DNA from: Verrucomicrobiales bacterium
GTDB taxonomy: Bacteria > Verrucomicrobiota > Verrucomicrobiia > Verrucomicrobiales > V1-33
Assembly: GCA_035550135.1 (NCBI GenBank)
Contig: DASZQB010000107.1
Coordinates: forward strand, 12,064-76,063
Direction: 5' to 3'
Length of the DNA: 64,000 bases
How positions within the stretch are numbered: the first letter of the stretch is position 1; every line of letters starts with the position of its first letter. Under the pieces are notes generated by a model. It saw only the letters and a program-made list of their open reading frames with translations. It had not been told where the DNA came from and did no database searches. The position numbers were made by a program, and so were the translations under genes. Shown in pieces: positions 8,604-16,403 of the stretch.

Positions 8604-10211
8604 TTAGACACCTGCTGTGGCTGAAACGCTTCCTGCTGCCAGCGGCAGGCTTAGAATCATGGTCGTCCGCCCGCGATCCTTGTCGGCCAGCACCAGACTG
8701 CCTCCATGCGCCGTGGCGATCTCGCGCGCCAAACTCAATCCCACGCCAAGTCCCTTGCCTCCGCCCGTGCCTCCTGCATTCGCACCGCGCATAAAGCGCT
8801 CGAATATCCTTTCCCTCTCACCTTCCGGCACCGTTTCACCCGTATTGGAAATCGTTAGGATCGCACGTCCCGCCGATTCCGTCAGGCGGCAGTCGATCTC
8901 GCCTCCATCGATGTTGTAGGCGACGGCATTGCGGAGGAGATTGTGAATGCACCGGTAGAGCAGCACGGGATCGGCATGAATCGTTAGCCCCGGCGTCAGA
9001 GACGTATGCAGTGTCAAATGATGCTCCTCCGCCATGAGCCCCGCATCCTCCACCAGCGGCTGCATCCACGCGGAGAAATCCAGCGTTTCGCGATTCGTTG
9101 CCAGTCTTCCCGCATCCGCCCGCGACAGTAGAAGCAGACTCTCGATAATCGCCTGGAGCTGATCGATCTCATCCAGCAGTCCCGAAAACGTGCGCTGCTC
9201 TGCGGAACCATCCGGGCATTCCCGCAGTCCCTTCTCCACTGTCGCGCGCATTACCGCCAGCGGCGTTTTGAGTTCATGCGAAGCGTCCGCACTGAAACGG
9301 GTCGCCTGGCGGTAACTGCGCTCCAGCCGGTCGAGCATCGCGTTGTAGGCGCCGATGATCCCGTTGAATTCCGTGTCGGCACTATTGGGATCGAGACGCT
9401 CATTGGCGTTGCCCGGATCGAGCGTCTCAATTTTTTCCGACAATTGCTTTACCGGCGCAAGTCCGCGACGCGCCGCGAACCAGGCGCCCGCCGCCACCAG
9501 CAACAGCGCCCCGGGCAAAGCGAGCCCAAACGCCCGTGCCGTAGCGGCCAGATCCGCGGCGAACACGTCCACGTCCAATCCAAGGTGAATGGTGATCCCG
9601 CTGCGGGCATTTCCAAACACGCCCAGACGCCACGTCCTGCCATCCGCCTGCACGGTGGAAAACACGGGCTTGAACAACTGCGGTCTGCCGAAGCCTTCGC
9701 GCGGACCGCCGGGGCCGCGCTCCCGCGGGCCGTCGCGGCGGGGAGGGGCGTCGTCAAAAAACTCGTCAGGCGGCGGCCCCCTGCCAAAATCCCCGCGCGG
9801 CCCTCCTCCCTCGCGGCGCGGCGGCCGGTCACGATCCTCGAATCCCCCCGGCGGCATATCACGCGTGATCAATTCCGTGCCGGGCGGATATTTATGAGGG
9901 TCAATCGCCTTCGGCCACTGCGCCGAACGCTGCGGCTCCTCCCCGTTCCTTGTCACCGCATAGATCCATCCCGCGGCCCGGTCCTTGCCAAACCGCTCGC
10001 CGAGCCGCGTCTCCACCGCAGTCGCCGGCGGATTCCAGCGCGCCGACTGCGCCAGTAAATGCCCGGCATCCTCGATCTCCTGATCCAGCGCGGCCATCCG
10101 CGCCTCACGCAGCTTCCACCACGCCGCCCCGGCAAATGCCGTTAGGATCACCGCCGACGTCAGCACCGAAATCAATGCCACGCGCAGCCGTGATGACCGC
10201 AACACTCTCAC
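8604..10211 (-). CDS. sensor histidine kinase, heavy-metal (CusS/CzcS)-like, with a low-complexity periplasmic insert
   Basis: H-box FSADASHELKTPLAVM, N-box LLRNAVAYN, G-boxes ISNTGETVP and GLGVGLSLAREIATAHGG. Two TM segments flank a periplasmic region. The GTG start overlaps the stop of the upstream regulator (GTGA). Confidence 0.9.
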   Translation of the reverse strand: MRVLRSSRLRVALISVLTSAVILTAFAGAAWWKLREARMAALDQEIEDAGHLLAQSARWNPPATAVETRLGERFGKDRAAGWIYAVTRNGEEPQRSAQWPKAIDPHKYPPGTELITRDMPPGGFEDRDRPPRREGGGPRGDFGRGPPPDEFFDDAPPRRDGPRERGPGGPREGFGRPQLFKPVFSTVQADGRTWRLGVFGNARSGITIHLGLDVDVFAADLAATARAFGLALPGALLLVAAGAWFAARRGLAPVKQLSEKIETLDPGNANERLDPNSADTEFNGIIGAYNAMLDRLERSYRQATRFSADASHELKTPLAVMRATVEKGLRECPDGSAEQRTFSGLLDEIDQLQAIIESLLLLSRADAGRLATNRETLDFSAWMQPLVEDAGLMAEEHHLTLHTSLTPGLTIHADPVLLYRCIHNLLRNAVAYNIDGGEIDCRLTESAGRAILTISNTGETVPEGERERIFERFMRGANAGGTGGGKGLGVGLSLAREIATAHGGSLVLADKDRGRTTMILSLPLAAGSVSATAGV

Positions 10212-10888
10212 GACGAGGCTCCTCCTTTGAAACGATAACCCGCGCCGCGCACCGCCTCGATCACCTGCGGTCCGCCGGGCGTTTCGATCTTCCGCCGCAG
10301 ACGTCCCACCGCCACATCCACCATGTTAGTGCCCGTGTCGAAATGCAGATTCCACACGTGCTGGCCAATCTGTGAGCGCGCCAGCACACGTCCCGGCGAA
10401 CGCATGAAATACTCCAGCAGTGCAAACTCCCGCGCGCTCAACTCGATGACTTCACTCCCCCGCCGCACTTCGCGTGTCGCTACATTCAGCGACAAATCAC
10501 CCGCTTTCAGGAGACTGACCGGAGCGCCGCCGGACCGACGCAGCAGCGCGTGCATTCGCGCCACCAGTTCCTCGACGTAAAACGGTTTGGTCAGATAATC
10601 GTCCGCGCCTGCATTGAGTCCCTCCACGCGCTCGTTCAATTCCCCGCGCGCCGTCAAAAGCATTACCGGCAGCGTAATTCCTTTCTGCCTGAGGCTGCGC
10701 AAAATGCTCAGCCCGTCGCGGCCAGGCAGCATGACGTCCAGAACGATCGCATCATAAGACTCCGTGGTCGCATTGAAAAAACCGTCTTCACCGGTGTGGC
10801 AAACATCCACGGCAAATCCGTTCTCGCGCAATCCCTGCTCGATAAAGGCGGCGATCTTTTTCTGATCTTCAATAACAAGAATGCGCAT
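10208..10888 (-). CDS. OmpR-family response regulator, CusR/CopR-like
   Basis: MRILVIEDQKKIAAFIEQGLRENGFAVDV...LDVMLPGRDG receiver domain and a winged-helix C-terminus (LSAREFALLEYFM...VDVAVGRLRRKIE). I chose the ATG at 10888 rather than the track start at 10918. Confidence 0.9.
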   Translation of the reverse strand: MRILVIEDQKKIAAFIEQGLRENGFAVDVCHTGEDGFFNATTESYDAIVLDVMLPGRDGLSILRSLRQKGITLPVMLLTARGELNERVEGLNAGADDYLTKPFYVEELVARMHALLRRSGGAPVSLLKAGDLSLNVATREVRRGSEVIELSAREFALLEYFMRSPGRVLARSQIGQHVWNLHFDTGTNMVDVAVGRLRRKIETPGGPQVIEAVRGAGYRFKGGASS

Positions 10889-10956
10889 GGTCCTGCGTGT
10901 CCGTGAATGTGAACACACAGTGAACGCATTTTGGCCTCCGGAAAAGGCCGCAGGCG

Positions 10957-10998
10957 AAAAATGACAGCGCTGTCATCTTTCTGTCATCGCACTGTCAG
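10957..10998. promoter_or_regulatory. CusR-box-like inverted repeat ATGACA-N4-TGTCAT plus two extra TGTCA half-sites in the divergent intergenic region
   Basis: AAAAATGACAGCGCTGTCATCTTT contains a perfect 16-bp palindrome at 10961-10976. It is followed by CTGTCAT (10981-10987) and CTGTCAG (10992-10998). It lies about 70 nt upstream of the regulator gene and about 180 nt upstream of the EF-hand gene. Confidence 0.5.
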
Positions 10999-11158
10999 CC
11001 GGGGTGCAGTGACCGGGTCAAAGAGCCGTGAAGAATGACACGGACGTCATGAAAGCGTCACGGGGCAGTTACGTCCGCGTGCTTTTATATGCACGAAGCT
11101 TTTACCGGCTTCCCGCATGGCTCTGCCAGGCGGAACCCCAACCAAAGAAACCAAATCA

Positions 11159-11740
11159 ATGAAAAACAGGAAACTGAATCTCATCGTCGCAGCGCTCGCC
11201 GCCAGCGGTTCCATCGCATTCGCAGGTCACGGCGGAGGCGCTGGTGCCGCCGCCCGCGGGGGTCATCATCTCCCGCCCCAGCGCGGGATTCCCGCCGAAG
11301 TGCTCGCCCAATTCGATGCCGATGGCGACGGCGTCCTGAGCGACGAAGAAAAGGCCGCATGGAAAGCCGCGGAGGCCGCCGCCCGCGCCGAGTTCATCGC
11401 CAAGTACGACGCCGACGGCGATGGCGTCCTCAACGCCGAGGAGCGCGCCGCCGCCAAAGCAGACCAGGAAGCCGCCCGCATCGCGGCATTGACGGAAAAA
11501 TTCAATGCGCTCGACACGGACGCCAGCGGCGGGCTCTCCGCTGAGGAATACGCCGCCGGCGCCGCCGCGGACGAAGACGCCGAAAAAGTCGCCGCCCGCT
11601 TTGCGCGCCTCGACGCCGACTCCGGCGGTTCCGTCACCCTTGAAGAGTTCACCGCCGCCAAGGCCAATTGCGCTCCGCGCGTCCCCAAAGGCGGCAGCAG
11701 CAGTGGTGGCACCGCCGCAGCCGCGAAAGTGAGACGCTGA
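11159..11740 (+). CDS. secreted protein with four EF-hand-like calcium-binding loops
   Basis: Signal peptide MKNRKLNLIVAALAASGSIAFA (ATG 11159). Loops are DADGDGVLSDEE, DADGDGVLNAEE, DTDASGGLSAEE and DADSGGSVTLEE. The overlapping 197-aa minus ORF is a shadow frame. Confidence 0.8.
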   Translation: MKNRKLNLIVAALAASGSIAFAGHGGGAGAAARGGHHLPPQRGIPAEVLAQFDADGDGVLSDEEKAAWKAAEAAARAEFIAKYDADGDGVLNAEERAAAKADQEAARIAALTEKFNALDTDASGGLSAEEYAAGAAADEDAEKVAARFARLDADSGGSVTLEEFTAAKANCAPRVPKGGSSSGGTAAAAKVRR

Positions 11741-11832
11741 CCGCCTCACGACTCATGACGGCTGGACCGGACGCGAACATCCCCGGTCCTGCCGTCCCTC
11801 CTCTCTATCTCAATTCAACAAATCTCCACCCC

Positions 11833-12915
11833 ATGAATTCTTCAGTCCTCCGCCAGGCAGCCATTCGCTTCTTCGTCCCCGTTGCCACCTTTATGGCGGG
11901 ATGGAGCCTTCATACCGCTGCGCCGAATGACGCCGTCTCTTCGGTTTCCGCCGCTTCCCCCCGACTTCGCCCTGGCAACTTCCGCTCTCTTCACGCTGCG
12001 GCAAACCCTCGCGCTGCTGAACCGGAAGTCCTCACTCTGAGTAAACGCCCTGGACCGGCGGGCCGCATCGCATCGCTCCTTCTTCATGCCGAAACGCTCG
12101 ACGCCCCCGGCACTCTCGCCGCCCTCAAAGCTCTCGATCTCCAGTCCCCCGGCACCGACATCCGCACCGCCCGCCAAATCCTTCTCGCCCGCTACGCCGA
12201 TCTCGATCCCGAAACAGCCCTAACGTACGTCGATACCCTTTCCGCCGAAGACCGCACCGCCTCCGCGCTAACCATCATGAACGCCTGGGCTGCCCGCGAT
12301 CCCCGCGCTGCTGCGGCCCACCTTGAAACCGGCATCGGCAGTTTCGGACTCAGCGAAGAGGACGCCGCGCTCAGCGCCGCCGGCATCGCTGCCGCATGGG
12401 CCGCGCAGGACATGGCGGCCGCCACGCAGTGGGTCGGTGGACTCTCCGAAGACTTGCGCGCCGCCGCCATTCCAGCCCTCACAGGCACGCTCGCTGCCAC
12501 CGATCCCGTGCGGGCCGCCGCTCTCGCTGCCGCACTTCCTGCCGGATCCGAACAAGCCGCCGCCCTTTCCTCCGTCGCTCTCCAATGGGGCCAGACTGAT
12601 CCACGCTCCACCGCTTCCTGGATCCGAACCCTGTCCGATTCATCGGCACAAACAGCTGCCGCCTCCAGCCTCGTCACCGCATGGATGCAAAGCGATCCCT
12701 CTGCCGCCTCGCAGTGGGTGAACACGCTTCCCAACGGTGCTCTTCGCGATAATGCCATCGTCGCCCTCACTCAATCTCCCGCCATCCGCAACGACGCCGA
12801 AAGCACCGTCGCATGGGCCTCCTCCATTAAGGACGTTCAGTTGCGCGAATCCACGCTCGCGCCTGCCCTGCAGCGCCGGCAGTATCAACAGATACGTATT
12901 GCCGCGCAGCGCTGA
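11833..12915 (+). CDS. N-terminally anchored helical-repeat protein, paralog 2 of the 'W..DP..A..W' family
   Basis: The ATG at 11833 (MNSSVLRQAAIRFFVPVATFMAGW) is preferred over the track start at 11668, which overlaps the EF-hand gene. Repeats include WAARDPRAAAAHLE, WAAQDMAAATQWVGGLS, WGQTDPRSTASWIRTLS and WMQSDPSAASQWVNTLP. Confidence 0.7.
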   Translation: MNSSVLRQAAIRFFVPVATFMAGWSLHTAAPNDAVSSVSAASPRLRPGNFRSLHAAANPRAAEPEVLTLSKRPGPAGRIASLLLHAETLDAPGTLAALKALDLQSPGTDIRTARQILLARYADLDPETALTYVDTLSAEDRTASALTIMNAWAARDPRAAAAHLETGIGSFGLSEEDAALSAAGIAAAWAAQDMAAATQWVGGLSEDLRAAAIPALTGTLAATDPVRAAALAAALPAGSEQAAALSSVALQWGQTDPRSTASWIRTLSDSSAQTAAASSLVTAWMQSDPSAASQWVNTLPNGALRDNAIVALTQSPAIRNDAESTVAWASSIKDVQLRESTLAPALQRRQYQQIRIAAQR

Positions 12916-12918
12916 CGC

Positions 12919-13683
12919 TCACATTTCCGCCGCATAGGCCGTCAGTTCCGGCACATCGCCGCGGGCCAGTACTTCCGCGCAGGTGCCGCAGGCAAGAAGC
13001 TGCCCGCTTTCCTCACGGGCGGCAACAAAGGCAACGCGGTCGCACACCTTGCGCGCCTGACGTAGATTATGCGTTACGAGCACGATCGAATGCTTCGTTT
13101 TGAGCCGAAGAATGAGTTCCTCGATTGCCTCTGTGCTGCGCGGATCAAGGGCGCTCGTGGGTTCATCCATCAGGATTACCTCCGGCCGCGACGCGAGCGT
13201 GCGGGCCAGGCACAGGCGCTGCTGCTGACCGGTGGAAAGCCTCCCCGCCGGTTGCTTGAGCCGGTCTTTCACCTCGTCCCACAATGCAGCGGAACGCAGT
13301 GCCTCCTCAGCCACTGTCGGCCACTCTGCAGACGGGATGCGCCCAAGATGCCGCACACCAAAGAGCACGTTGGCGAGGATGCTTTTCGGAAACACCACCG
13401 GCTGCTGAAACAGCATGCCGATGCGCGTGCGCAGGTCGTCGCCATTCACACCGCTTGCATAAATTTCGCTGCCCTGAAAACGAATCTGCCCGCTCACCCG
13501 CAGCCCGGGCGTCAGCACGATGAGCCGGTTCAAACACTTGAGCAGCGTGCTCTTTCCAGCCCCGGACGGCCCAATGAGCCCGAATACGCCGCCAGGCGGG
13601 ATATCAAAGGAAACTCCGGACAACAGTTTCCGCGGACCGGCGGTTACCGTAAGGTTGCTGATTTGAAAAACGGGCGCGGACAT
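12919..13683 (-). CDS. pstB: phosphate ABC transporter ATP-binding protein
   Basis: Walker A GPSGAGKST, ABC signature LSTGQQQRL, Walker B VILMDEPTSALD. It is last in a pstS-C-A-B gene order. Confidence 0.95.
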   Translation of the reverse strand: MSAPVFQISNLTVTAGPRKLLSGVSFDIPPGGVFGLIGPSGAGKSTLLKCLNRLIVLTPGLRVSGQIRFQGSEIYASGVNGDDLRTRIGMLFQQPVVFPKSILANVLFGVRHLGRIPSAEWPTVAEEALRSAALWDEVKDRLKQPAGRLSTGQQQRLCLARTLASRPEVILMDEPTSALDPRSTEAIEELILRLKTKHSIVLVTHNLRQARKVCDRVAFVAAREESGQLLACGTCAEVLARGDVPELTAYAAEM

Positions 13684-13693
13684 GGCAAGCGGC

Positions 13694-14548
13694 TTAACCA
13701 GGACGGGCTTCCTCGTGAATTTTCAATCTCGCTGGCAGGGCAATCAAATTCAGAATGAATACAACCGCGAGCAACGACAGTGCCGTGCCCCACACCTTGG
13801 AACCAACCGACGGATCGAAACTGTCCTGAGCGAGAATAAAAATATGATAGGGCAGCGACAGCACCGGGTTCTCTTTGATGCCGCCGGGAATCGTAGCTCC
13901 CGCAAAAATGGTTGCCGTAAACATGATCGGCGCAGTTTCACCCGCCGCGCGCGCCAGCCCCAGCAATGAGCCGGTGATCAGCCCGCTCACACTTTGCGGC
14001 AGGATCACGGACCGCACGGTCTGCGATTGAGTCAACCCAAGCGCAGCGGCGGCTTCCACGTATTGCCGCGGCAGACTCGCAATGCGCTCCATCAGCGCCA
14101 CTGTGACCGTCGGCAGGATCATAAACCCCAGAAGCATGCCGCCGGAAAGCCAGCTCTTTCCCCATCCGAGCCACTGCACAAAAACGATCATGCCAAAAAT
14201 CCCGAATAGAATGCTGGGTACTCCATTCAAAACATAAAGCACGACGGTGAGCTTGTCCCGGTGACGGCTGTGCTGCCAGTAAACCCCGTGCATCAGCGCG
14301 ATGCCCGTGGCCAGTGGCGCGCTCACCGCCAGCGCCGTCAGCAGCAGGATGCCCGTACCGATAAGATTGTAAAAAATGCCGCCTGCCGCCCCGACGAGCC
14401 GAATCTGCTCCGTAAAAAACTGCCAGCTGATCGCCGGCCAGCCGCGCACCCAAATAGCCCATACGATGATCGCCAGCACACTGCACGCACACACCGCACA
14501 CAGTGCGGTGACCAGTCGCAGAAGATGGTGGATCAGCTTACGTCGCAT
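13694..14548 (-). CDS. pstA: phosphate ABC transporter permease PstA
   Basis: Polytopic permease with the EAA-like loop (YVEAAAALGLTQSQTV). The ATG at 14548 (MRRKLIHHLL) overlaps the pstC end by 11 nt. The track start at 14581 appears to be a TTG. Confidence 0.9.
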   Translation of the reverse strand: MRRKLIHHLLRLVTALCAVCACSVLAIIVWAIWVRGWPAISWQFFTEQIRLVGAAGGIFYNLIGTGILLLTALAVSAPLATGIALMHGVYWQHSRHRDKLTVVLYVLNGVPSILFGIFGMIVFVQWLGWGKSWLSGGMLLGFMILPTVTVALMERIASLPRQYVEAAAALGLTQSQTVRSVILPQSVSGLITGSLLGLARAAGETAPIMFTATIFAGATIPGGIKENPVLSLPYHIFILAQDSFDPSVGSKVWGTALSLLAVVFILNLIALPARLKIHEEARPG

Positions 14549-15437
14549 GACGGGAGGAGATGCGTTGCAGCCAAACGCCAAGGATGGTCACCACGACCGC
14601 CAGCGCCAGCAACAGAAGGCCAAGGCCCACCATCGCCCCCCAATGCAGCGGCTCACCGTAGGCAATGTTCGTCTCAGATCCGCCCAGTTTCGTGGTGAGC
14701 GTTTGCCCGGCCTCGATGAGCGGCTTCAGTGACAGCAGGGATTCCGGCCACTGATTGTCCTGACGGCCCACAATGAGAAACACCGCAATCGTCTCTCCCA
14801 GCGCGCGTCCTGTTGCCAGCAGGATTGCGGCCAGCATTCCGGGCAGTGCCTGCGGCAGCACCGTGAAGAGCACGCATTCGCCGGCATTGAGTCCCAGTGC
14901 GCGCGACGCCAGACGCTGAGTGGACGGCACACCGCGCAGCGCATCGTCCGCCAGCGTTACGACGGTGGGCAGTATCATCACCGCCAGCAAAATTCCTGCC
15001 GTGAGCAGCGTGTCCCCGCTGAGCGGCTCATAGGCTTCCAGCGCTTCATAGACCCAGTCGCGCAGCAGCAAAATACCCAGCAATCCATAAACCACCGATG
15101 GAATCCCCGCGAGCAACTCGATGCTTCCCTTCACCAGCAATCGAAACTGCCTGGGCAGGAACTCCGAAATAAAAACAGCGGCACCCATTCCGAGAGGGGC
15201 CGCCAGCAGCAGCGCGATCGCCGCCACCGCCACCGTACCGTAAATCATGGGCGCGGCCCCGAATTTGCCGTCGCGATAAAACCACTCGGTTCCCGTCACG
15301 AATCCACTGCCTTCATGGCGCCACACCGGCAGGCTCTGAATGACGAACAGAGCCACCATGCCCACAGCCGCCGCGAGCGCGACAAGGGTGAAAACATAAC
15401 TCGCCACTTTCGTGGCGCTCCATCTCCGGCGCAGCAT
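14538..15437 (-). CDS. pstC: phosphate ABC transporter permease PstC
   Basis: Polytopic permease (…QRLASRALGLNAGEC… EAA-like loop), located between pstS and pstA. Confidence 0.9.
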   Translation of the reverse strand: MLRRRWSATKVASYVFTLVALAAAVGMVALFVIQSLPVWRHEGSGFVTGTEWFYRDGKFGAAPMIYGTVAVAAIALLLAAPLGMGAAVFISEFLPRQFRLLVKGSIELLAGIPSVVYGLLGILLLRDWVYEALEAYEPLSGDTLLTAGILLAVMILPTVVTLADDALRGVPSTQRLASRALGLNAGECVLFTVLPQALPGMLAAILLATGRALGETIAVFLIVGRQDNQWPESLLSLKPLIEAGQTLTTKLGGSETNIAYGEPLHWGAMVGLGLLLLALAVVVTILGVWLQRISSRHAT

Positions 15438-15440
15438 CCC

Positions 15441-16304
15441 TTACTTTTTCTCAGGGGTGGCCGGCTTCAGTTGCGCCAGAGCAAGGTAGCCATGCTTCTT
15501 CACCAGTTCCTGGCCGCGGTCGCTTAACATAAAGTCCACCATCGTCTTCGCATCTCCGGCAGGTTCACCATTAGTTAGGATAAACAACGGACGGCTCATC
15601 GGATACTTGCCCGTGGCGATATTCTCCGTCGCCGGCGCGATATCCTTCCCCTCGACCTTAAGGCTCAACGCAAACACCTTTTGGTTGTCGGCCCAGGATG
15701 ATGACAACTGCGAAAGCGCCCCCTTGGTGGACGCCACCTTGTTTCGCGTCTCCTCATTGCCCCCCACCTCGGGGAAACTCACCGCCGGAGCCTTTTTAGG
15801 ATCGCCATAGATCCAATGCACAAACACCTCCCAGGTCCCGCGCCCAGGCTCTTTGTTGAAGAACGCAATCCGCCGGTTCGGCCCGCCCACGTCCTTCCAA
15901 TTCTTGATCTTTCCCTCATAAATCCCCGCAAGCTGCTCTTTTGTTAGCGACTTCACACCCCCGTCCCACACGTCTTTGGAAACAATCATCGCCACCGCAT
16001 CCGCGCCGATCTGAATTTCCTTGTATTTGCACGCCAGAAACTTCGCGCGGTCCGCCTCGCTGACGTGTTTGGAAATCATCCCGATCTGCACCAGTCCCTC
16101 ACCCAGCATCGAAATCCCGCCGGAACTTCCGCCCTGCGTGTCCACCTGAATTTCCATCTTCTTCTCGGCCCTCAAAATCTCAGACGCCTCCGCCACCGGC
16201 AGATTCACCGTCGTGGAGCCGTTGATCTTCAGAACATCCGCACGCAGCGACAAACCGCCCAGCAGCACCGTGGAGGCAAAAATTATCAGTAGCCGTTTTT
16301 TCAT
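15441..16304 (-). CDS. pstS: PstS-family phosphate-binding periplasmic protein
   Basis: Signal peptide MKKRLLIIFASTVLLGGLSLRA (ATG 16304; the track start at 16328 is further upstream). INGSTTV and GGSSGG motifs of PBP type-2 phosphate binders. First gene of the pst operon. Confidence 0.85.
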   Translation of the reverse strand: MKKRLLIIFASTVLLGGLSLRADVLKINGSTTVNLPVAEASEILRAEKKMEIQVDTQGGSSGGISMLGEGLVQIGMISKHVSEADRAKFLACKYKEIQIGADAVAMIVSKDVWDGGVKSLTKEQLAGIYEGKIKNWKDVGGPNRRIAFFNKEPGRGTWEVFVHWIYGDPKKAPAVSFPEVGGNEETRNKVASTKGALSQLSSSWADNQKVFALSLKVEGKDIAPATENIATGKYPMSRPLFILTNGEPAGDAKTMVDFMLSDRGQELVKKHGYLALAQLKPATPEKK

Positions 16305-16403
16305 ATATGCCCGTTCATGCATGTGCACGATTTGGCATACAAGAAAAATCTTTTGCGTCTTCCCGTCCCGCCGCGAACCAAAATCCGATCGTCTGGCGCG
16401 CGA

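Noticed and set aside
16305-16403. Pho box upstream of pstS
   Set aside because: I could not find tandem CTGTCAT-like 11-bp repeats in the ~100-nt upstream region. The PhoB consensus may differ in this phylum, so no call was made.
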